Source: a bacterium (lineage in GTDB: Bacteria > SAR324 > NAC60-12). Taken from it: a DNA stretch of 64,000 nt. Made by a program: the position numbers and the translations under genes. Location of the stretch: the NCBI GenBank assembly GCA_965233585.1, contig CBDDTI010000747.1, forward strand, positions 1,009,513-1,073,512, in the 5' to 3' direction. Of this stretch, positions 57,355 to 64,000 are shown piece after piece (the first letter of the stretch is position 1; each line of letters begins with the position of its first letter). Under the pieces are notes generated by a model. The model did not search any database and was not told where the DNA came from. It was given only the letters and a program-made list of their open reading frames with translations.

Positions 57355-59007
57355 TTAGTTCAGAGCCATCTTGTTTTCCAACAACTCCACCACTTCCTTG
57401 TGTCCCCTCCGACTTGCCAACATCAGTGCTGTGCTGCCATATTCATTTTGAGCTTCTATCTTCGCTCCCCTGTCTAACAAGAACTCCACCACTTCCTTGT
57501 GTCCATTCAGACTTGCCAGAATCAGTGCTGTGTTACCATATTCATTTTGAGCCTCTATCTTCGCTCCCCTGTCTAACAAGAACTCCACCACTTCCTTGTG
57601 TCCTTGCTGACTTGCCAACATCAGTGCTGTTTCACCATATTCATCTTGAGCCTCTATCTTCGCTCCCCTGTCTAACAAGAACTCCACCACTTCCTTGTGT
57701 CCTTGCTGACTTGCCAACATCAGTGCTGTTTCACCATATTCATCTTGAGCCTCTATCTTCGCTCCCCTGTCTAACAAGAACTCCACCACTTCCTTGTGTC
57801 CTTGCTGACTTGCCAACATCAGTGCTGTTTCACCAGATTTATTTTGAGCCTCTATCTTTGCTCCCCTGTCTAACAAGAACTCCACCACTTCCTTGTGTCC
57901 CTTCCGACTTGCCAACATCAGTGCTGTGTTACCATATTCATTTTGAGCCTCTATCTTCGCTCCCCTGTCTAACAAAGACTTGACCTTGTTCAGATTTCCC
58001 TGTTCACTTGCTTTTAGGAGTGTTTGATCATGGGCGTTTGCTGCTATCTTGTTTTCCAACAACTCCACCACTTCCTTGTGTCCATTCAGACTTGCCAACA
58101 TCAGTGCTGTGTTACCATATTTATCTTGAGCCTCTATCTTTGCTCCCCTGTCTAACAACAACTCCACCACTTCCTTGTGTCCTTGCTGACTTGCCCAAAT
58201 CAGTTCTGTGTCACCAGATTTATTTTGAGCCTCTATCTTTGCTCCCCTGTCTAACAAGAACTCCACCACTTCCTTGTGTCCCTTCCGACTTGCCAACATC
58301 AGTGCTGTGTCACCATCTTCATCTTGAGCCTCTATCTTCGCTCCCCTGTCTAACAACAACTCCACCACTTCCTTGTGTCCCTTCCGACTTGCCAACATCA
58401 GTGCTGTGTCACCAGATTTATTTTGAGCCTCTATCTTTGCTCCCCTGTCTAACAACAACTCCACCACTTCCTTGTGTCCCTTCCGACTTGCCCAAATCAG
58501 TGCTGTGTCACCACCTTCATCTTGAGCCTCTATCTTCGCTCCCCTGTCTAACAACAACTCCACCACTTCCTTGTGTCCATAAAAACTTGCCAACATCAGT
58601 GCTGTGTTACCATATTCATTTTGAGCCTCTATCTTCGCTCCCCTGTCTAACAACAACTCCACCACTTCCTTGTGTCCATTCCGACTTGCCCAAATCAGTT
58701 CTGTGTTACCATATTCATTTTGAGCCTCTATCTTCGCTCCCCTGTCTAACAACAACTCCACCACTTCCTTGTGTCCCTTCCGACTTGCCAACATCAGTGC
58801 TGTGTTACCATATTCATCTTGAGCCTCTATCTTTGCTCCCCTGTCTAACAAAGACTTGACCTTGTTCAGATTTCCCTGTTCACTTGCTTTTAGGAGTGTT
58901 TGATCATGGGCGTTTGCTGCTAGAAATGCTTGAGAACAAGCTATCAAGACAGATAAAAAAAGGAGGGATAAGAAAGGAGAGAAGACTTTTGATAAAGTTT
59001 TCATCAT
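57355..59007 (-). CDS. Ankyrin-repeat lipoprotein B (2 cap+repeat modules: 8 and 6 repeats)
   Basis: Same signal peptide, cap and C-terminus as 51319..52758, with a different repeat order. Confidence 0.92.
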   Translation of the reverse strand: MMKTLSKVFSPFLSLLFLSVLIACSQAFLAANAHDQTLLKASEQGNLNKVKSLLDRGAKIEAQDEYGNTALMLASRKGHKEVVELLLDRGAKIEAQNEYGNTELIWASRNGHKEVVELLLDRGAKIEAQNEYGNTALMLASFYGHKEVVELLLDRGAKIEAQDEGGDTALIWASRKGHKEVVELLLDRGAKIEAQNKSGDTALMLASRKGHKEVVELLLDRGAKIEAQDEDGDTALMLASRKGHKEVVEFLLDRGAKIEAQNKSGDTELIWASQQGHKEVVELLLDRGAKIEAQDKYGNTALMLASLNGHKEVVELLENKIAANAHDQTLLKASEQGNLNKVKSLLDRGAKIEAQNEYGNTALMLASRKGHKEVVEFLLDRGAKIEAQNKSGETALMLASQQGHKEVVEFLLDRGAKIEAQDEYGETALMLASQQGHKEVVEFLLDRGAKIEAQDEYGETALMLASQQGHKEVVEFLLDRGAKIEAQNEYGNTALILASLNGHKEVVEFLLDRGAKIEAQNEYGSTALMLASRRGHKEVVELLENKMALN

Positions 59008-59068
59008 GATTTCTTTGGAAAAAGATTAAATCAAAAACAAAGAGACTGAATAACAGAAGAAAAGCAAG

Positions 59069-59097
59069 AGCCTAATACTAGATAAGAGTGCTGTCAA
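59069..59097 (-). promoter_or_regulatory. Sigma70-like promoter for ankyrin lipoprotein B (paralogous to 57151..57179)
   Basis: TTGACA-17 bp-TAGGCT with an identical spacer. Confidence 0.6.
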
Positions 59098-59372
59098 GTT
59101 TTTTTGCAAATTCAAATGGCTTGATTGGAGACGTGAATTTTTTATGGAAATTTTAATATAGGCAAGAGTTGAGGTGCCAAAATTAACTTTTTTCTGGTCA
59201 AAATGAATTTTGACTTGCAAGAAAGTTAGAAGTTGGCTACAATGCTGGGTTTGTATCTCACAACTTGATTGAAAAGTTGTGAACTGGGGTCTTCGCACTG
59301 GTCTAAACAGGCTGTCAGGTGCTTGGTGAGGCTCTGTTTTTATGTTAATCTTTTTTCATCATTTAAATCAAA

Positions 59373-59966
59373 ATGAAAACTATTCAAAAAATTGCTGTTT
59401 TTTCAGCAGCTACCATGTCCTTTGCCCTCCATGCTTGTTCTCAACAAACAGCTCCTGCCCCTGCTCCTGCTGAGGCAATCAATCCAGAACCCGAATGGAT
59501 CTCAAACGTGCCTGATGACAGCGATGGTAAGAAGTTTTTTATTGGACAATCTAGCATTCGTGCCAATCGGCAAAGTGCGCGTAACGATGCTAGAGCCAAT
59601 GCCAGAGTACAGATGGTAGAAGAAATGGGGGCTCTTGTGAAAAGCAAGCTGGAGGAAGCGAAGCAGTCTTTTGGCAGATCCAGCGAGGTCATTGACCCTA
59701 TCACAGCGACACGTCAATTTCAGCAGCAATTTTCTGCTGGTCAAGTGAGGGGTTCTAAAGTTCAAAAATACTACGATACTCAGGAGGAAGGCTCTAGAGG
59801 AAAAAAAGGTTGGGTCTCTCATGTGTTGGTGAGTGTTCCTGTAGATTCTTTGAATGCCGCCTTTCAAGAGCTTTCTGAACAAAAGTATGAGCAAGCCATG
59901 AAAGACGAACAAGCAAATGCAGCAGAGTTCTGGGGTAATTTGAAGAAGCAAGGGTTTATAGAATAA
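59373..59966 (+). CDS. LPP20-like lipoprotein
   Basis: Lipobox LHAC; PEWI; FFIGQS; ARNDARANARVQM. Confidence 0.75.
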   Translation: MKTIQKIAVFSAATMSFALHACSQQTAPAPAPAEAINPEPEWISNVPDDSDGKKFFIGQSSIRANRQSARNDARANARVQMVEEMGALVKSKLEEAKQSFGRSSEVIDPITATRQFQQQFSAGQVRGSKVQKYYDTQEEGSRGKKGWVSHVLVSVPVDSLNAAFQELSEQKYEQAMKDEQANAAEFWGNLKKQGFIE

Positions 59967-59990
59967 TTCCCAGTCTGACTCATCGCTTTT

Positions 59991-61310
59991 GTGGGGAAGG
60001 ATGTTTGGGTTTTCACCTTTGGGAATCACCGAATTCTTGACTTTCCAATGGGGATTCCCTTCCCCAGGTCCCAAAAATGGCTCTTTACGTTTGCACTGTT
60101 GTATATCTGCTTTATGGTCCTTTTGCGTCTGAACCTCCTCTGTCAATTTAAAGTCTTGAAGGTCATAGTGGTCAGGTGTTGTACTGGCTTGTATTTATTG
60201 GTTGGAGGCTGTAGTCAATCCTATCCTCTCATAGAACCAAGCCTGTCTGAAAAGCCGGACTGGATCCATCATCCACCCGAACAGCAAAACATCTCTCATC
60301 TTGTAGGAATCTCAGATGAGTTTCACTCACAAGAAAGCGAAGCCAGACTTCAAGCCAGAAACCATGCCACAATAGAGTTTTTGCAAGAATGCGGGCTTTC
60401 TGTGAAGTATGGCGTAGAAGAATATGGATTTTCTTCAGGGTCACGTTCAGAGGTGATTGATGAAAGGCTGAAGGCTTATGAAGAAAGGTTTCTACATACT
60501 GAGGGAGTGGTTCAAAGGCTTAAACATGAGGCAAGCTATACTGAAAAAAAGACAGAGCAACCAAACAAAACTCTTCCCATCAAGGTTACATACAAAGTTT
60601 GGAGACTCTTTAGCATCTCAAAAGATGAATGCGATAGAATTGAAGAAGAAACCCGTACCAAACATCAGGCAATCAGAGACAACTTGAACCAGATGGTAGC
60701 CAACGCACAACAGCTGGCAGCTGAGGGAAACCTCCATGATGCTCTTAAAAAATTCAAAGAGTTAGAACTGGAGGTTCAAAAGTTCAAGTGGCTGGATGTC
60801 ACCTCCATCAGGAATGAGGCTGGTCAATTAGAAAGCACTTGGTTGAATAGCTTTTCCCTAAAAGTGAAGCCAGAAAAACAAATTTTAACTCTCAACCAAC
60901 ATCTTAAAGCCTTTCAGATTCAGGTTTTTTTTCAAACTAATACTCAGACTAGCCCCACTCCTGCAACCTCTTTTCCTCTCAAAATCAAGATGTTACAGGG
61001 GAGTTGGAGACCTATTGCCTCAACATTGAGTGACCAGCAAGGAATTTCAAAATTTGATCTTAACCAAACTGTCGGGCAACCCATCTCTTTCAAAGCACCT
61101 ACGACCTTGAGTCTCATCATTCAGCCTAATATTGCAAACAGCAACATCAGTAGCTATGCAAAACAGACTTTGCTCCAGAAACAAGTCTCCCACCAAATCA
61201 TTGTTCAAAAACATTTTTCTCCTGAACCTTTTCTTGACAGTGCAACAGGCGTCCATTTGAACCTGAACTCTCACAAAGCTCTTTTCAACAAGGACAGTCA
61301 GTTCAAGTGA
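59991..61310 (+). CDS. LPP20-like lipoprotein (true start probably ~60150-60170; C-terminus possibly truncated)
   Basis: LLVGGC lipobox, KPDWI, LVGIS, EARLQARNHA. Confidence 0.65.
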   Translation: MGKDVWVFTFGNHRILDFPMGIPFPRSQKWLFTFALLYICFMVLLRLNLLCQFKVLKVIVVRCCTGLYLLVGGCSQSYPLIEPSLSEKPDWIHHPPEQQNISHLVGISDEFHSQESEARLQARNHATIEFLQECGLSVKYGVEEYGFSSGSRSEVIDERLKAYEERFLHTEGVVQRLKHEASYTEKKTEQPNKTLPIKVTYKVWRLFSISKDECDRIEEETRTKHQAIRDNLNQMVANAQQLAAEGNLHDALKKFKELELEVQKFKWLDVTSIRNEAGQLESTWLNSFSLKVKPEKQILTLNQHLKAFQIQVFFQTNTQTSPTPATSFPLKIKMLQGSWRPIASTLSDQQGISKFDLNQTVGQPISFKAPTTLSLIIQPNIANSNISSYAKQTLLQKQVSHQIIVQKHFSPEPFLDSATGVHLNLNSHKALFNKDSQFK

Positions 61311-61409
61311 GTGAACAACCAAAATGAGCTCCACTTGATATGAAAAAGACTGACAGCTTTGGTTTTGCGACCAAATTTAACTCTGTTTTGGTCTTCATGC
61401 TTTCTTGCC

Positions 61410-61683
61410 AAAGCAGATTTTTGCGACATTCCCCCAACTTCAAAATGTATTTCACAAGGTGTGGTTTCTCCACAGACCTGCCATGAATGTTGCCCAAGAA
61501 CAAAGACGTGTTCTGCTTTATGCAGAATCTATCAATCCAAAAGCCTGCTATGAAAAGCTACCTGCAGCATGGAAAAGGATTCAAAGAACCCCGCCTAAAC
61601 CCAAATCTTCAGAGCCAAAACTTTCTACTGATGAGCAGATTCAAGCCGTTTTTGACAGAGTGTTGAATCGCAACAGTGCTTAG
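61410..61683. repeat. Right direct repeat of the island; duplicated 3' end of gene 49184..50254
   Basis: Translates to KQIFATFPQL...VLNRNSA*, matching the left copy. Confidence 0.95.
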
Positions 61684-63568
61684 CAGTCAAGAACTCTAAT
61701 GCTTTTTGGAGTTGAATGTCTTGACCTTGTTGAATGCTTTCAATGGTGTCATCAATCCAAATATCTGGAAGAACACCCTGACCTTCATAAAGCTCGCCTG
61801 TCTTTTGAAACGAGGCGATTCTTGAGGCTTTAAAAACGTAGCCAGAATTTGGGAGTTTAAAAACATTGGCAAAACCACTGCCCCCAGAACTTGCAACCCC
61901 TATCAATTTGACGCAAGGTAACCCTTTGAATGCCCCTAAAAAAATGTCAGTCGCACTAAAATTACGTTCATTCATCAAAATCACCAATGGTGCGTCATAC
62001 CTTTTATCAACGTTTGGACTCACGACTGTCAAATGCAACTTTGAAAACTCTCCTTTTGGCAAATCCCATTTCAAAGCATGAGTTGCCAACCATTCGTCTA
62101 TGGCTTGACGTTCGTCTATCTTCCAAATTTTAGACTTTCTGGGGTGTAAAAAACGACTTTGCAATCCGTAGCTTTCATTCACATTGGGGTCTTTATCTGC
62201 ATCTATTCGCAATGCGGCAATGTTGATGACTTGAGGTTGATTGAGAAAATAAGCAAGCAACTTCAAAGTAGGTTGACGGCTTCCACCTCCATTGTCTCTT
62301 ACATCAATAATAAGTCCTTTTGTGCTTTGAAAAGATGACATGGCTTCATCTAATTTCTCCAAAAATTCATTACTCTTACCCATCTTGGACATCTTCAAAT
62401 ACCCGATATTCTGAGACATCACTTGGTAAGAAATAGAATCTTCAGAATGATTGCCAGATAAATTGTCAGATAAATCATTATTTTTGTCAAATATAGTTGT
62501 TTTTTCTTCCTTCTTTGCATTTGTAAAAACCACTTGGATTTGGTCTTGAACGATACCTTGTTCTCTACGTGTGATTTGCAAAAATGGAGGAATCCAACGA
62601 GTAACAGATTTTCTTAACCCTTTAGAACCTTTGGCTCTGTAAAATCCTGTTTGTTGCTGAAGTTTTTGGACAGAAAGCCCATCAATGGATTTTAAGAAAG
62701 GAAAATCAGAATGATAGAATTTTCTTGTTGAAGACAACGCAACAACCTTTCCTCCTATTTCCTTAAGGTCAAAAGGAAGTGAAACACGGGGAATGTCTAT
62801 GTTTTTTTGCAAAAAACGATAACTTAAAGTTGTATGTCCATCTCCAAAAAGTGCCAGAAACTTCCTAACCTGAAGCCCAAAGTCTCCCTTATGGATTCCT
62901 GCCCCTAAACTATTTCTTATCGTATCCAATGCGTTTTGATAGTCCACATGACGCAACTTGAGATAAGCAAAATGATTGACTAAATTGGTTTCTAACGTAT
63001 CAAGGTCTTCTTTGGATTGCTTGGCAGAAAGCCAAACGTCCTGATTTTCCAATTCTTCAGAAGTAGGGAAGCCATAGAGTCTAGTTGTCAGGTGTGCAAA
63101 ACGGGGGTCACTTAAAGTGCTGTGAGGTCTTGAAACTTGTCTTGCTTGTCTTAAGTGATTCAGTAAAATTTGTTTTTTATCCAAAGTACTGTGAAGTTTG
63201 ACAACCTGATTATCTTGGAGGTCTTTCAATGTGAGTTCTACATCAAAAAAATTATATTTTCCAAACAAACTTATGACAGCAGTGGTGTCTCCAATTATTC
63301 TTTTTTTCCAATAAAATCCGTAAGTGTCTTTTGAAACTTGCTTGATCTCTTCCAAACCAACTCCTTCTATTTCTAGGAGTTGATACCAACGTCCTTGAAG
63401 TTTCACATGCAGTGCATCATGCTTTGTCCATCTGATATTTTCAAATGGGCTTTTATCGCCAATTCCGTCCAGATGATACAAACTTTGACACGCTACAAAA
63501 AAGAAAGGCGTCACGATAAAAACCAGAGACTTCCAAATGGAATGTCCCCATCTTGTGTTGCTCTTCAT
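61625..63568 (-). CDS. S41-family (tail-specific) protease, putative lipoprotein
   Basis: FFVAC lipobox; IGYLKM, LIIDVRDNGGG, NFSATDIF, GVLPDI. Confidence 0.88.
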   Translation of the reverse strand: MKSNTRWGHSIWKSLVFIVTPFFFVACQSLYHLDGIGDKSPFENIRWTKHDALHVKLQGRWYQLLEIEGVGLEEIKQVSKDTYGFYWKKRIIGDTTAVISLFGKYNFFDVELTLKDLQDNQVVKLHSTLDKKQILLNHLRQARQVSRPHSTLSDPRFAHLTTRLYGFPTSEELENQDVWLSAKQSKEDLDTLETNLVNHFAYLKLRHVDYQNALDTIRNSLGAGIHKGDFGLQVRKFLALFGDGHTTLSYRFLQKNIDIPRVSLPFDLKEIGGKVVALSSTRKFYHSDFPFLKSIDGLSVQKLQQQTGFYRAKGSKGLRKSVTRWIPPFLQITRREQGIVQDQIQVVFTNAKKEEKTTIFDKNNDLSDNLSGNHSEDSISYQVMSQNIGYLKMSKMGKSNEFLEKLDEAMSSFQSTKGLIIDVRDNGGGSRQPTLKLLAYFLNQPQVINIAALRIDADKDPNVNESYGLQSRFLHPRKSKIWKIDERQAIDEWLATHALKWDLPKGEFSKLHLTVVSPNVDKRYDAPLVILMNERNFSATDIFLGAFKGLPCVKLIGVASSGGSGFANVFKLPNSGYVFKASRIASFQKTGELYEGQGVLPDIWIDDTIESIQQGQDIQLQKALEFLTAKHCCDSTLCQKRLESAHQ

Positions 63569-63780
63569 TTCATTTCCAAAAAATTGAATCTATCAAAAAT
63601 GTTCAGTCTATCACAAATGCAAAAACCACTGTCAAACAAAGTCAGGGTTTAGTAGCCTTTTCATCTGACGACAAAATAGATAGAATGTTCCTTTTTCAAA
63701 TCAAATTTTTGGTATTGTTAAACTATAAGTGATATGCGATATTAAGTTCATTTAATTGAATTGATAGTCATGGTGTAGCA

Positions 63781-64000
63781 ATGAAGTCGTGTCCTAGATG
63801 TGAAAGTGAGAAGACGGTTAAGAATGGTTTCTTATATGGTAAACCGAGGAGGCGTTGCAATGCCTGCAACTATCAATATACCAAGTCCTATCGTGGTCAA
63901 ATCTCACCACAGATCAAAAGAAGAGCATTAGAGTTGTATTTGGAGGGTCTTGGTTTCAGGTCAATCGGTCGTTTGCTGAATTGTTCTCATGTTTCAGTTT
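63781..64000 (+). mobile_element. IS1-family transposase, N-terminal part (runs off the window)
   Basis: MKSCPRCES..TVKNG...RRCNACNYQY zinc ribbon followed by ALELYLEGLGFRSIGRLL HTH. Confidence 0.85.

Noticed and set aside
51315..58859. Plus-strand Pro/Leu/Cys-rich repeat ORFs (e.g. 51315..51749, 57351..57983, 58008..58859)
   Set aside because: Antisense shadows of the ankyrin repeats
51319..59007. Regular 99-bp repeats as a CRISPR array
   Set aside because: The units are in-frame ankyrin codons with no unique spacers, and there are no cas genes
51319..59007. Diversity-generating retroelement acting on the ankyrin arrays
   Set aside because: No reverse transcriptase or non-coding template repeat in the window. 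Variation recurs as fixed multi-base alleles rather than independent A-to-N changes. A remote DGR cannot be fully excluded
59502..60146. 214-aa minus-strand ORF
   Set aside because: Antisense to a convincing lipoprotein gene and has no recognisable motifs
61405..61683. 92-aa ORF as an independent gene
   Set aside because: It is the duplicated 3' end of 49184..50254 with a chance TTG start
63700..63780. Left terminal inverted repeat of the IS1 element
   Set aside because: The right end is outside the window, so the IR and target duplication cannot be defined

Overview
AT-rich bacterial chromosomal window. Gene content suggests a Gram-negative, deltaproteobacterial/SAR324-like organism, but that is inference only. 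The backbone is housekeeping genes (tpiA, secG, recN, clpB, proAB, guaB, dnaE, ilvE, gpmI, yidD, nnr). It is interrupted by small acquired islets: a vapBC/orphan-antitoxin islet, a GH63 glycoside ABC-uptake operon, a PhyH+MATE pair ending in an apparent half attC site, a methyltransferase-specificity fusion, and a partial IS1 at the right edge. The most striking feature is an ~11 kb island (about 50.3-61.4 kb) bounded by ~275 bp direct repeats. It encodes two lipoproteins built from near-identical 99-bp ankyrin repeats whose variation falls mostly at DARPin-type binding positions and looks combinatorially shuffled. It also encodes a lipoprotein ankyrin-coiled-coil-caspase with an intact His/Cys dyad, a second apparently identical caspase domain copy, and three LPP20-like lipoproteins (one with DUF4384-like C-terminus); an S41 protease lies next to it. 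This looks like a recombination-diversified, envelope-located receptor-protease system. No tRNA, rRNA or CRISPR array was seen. All family assignments were made by eye from motifs; no searches were run.
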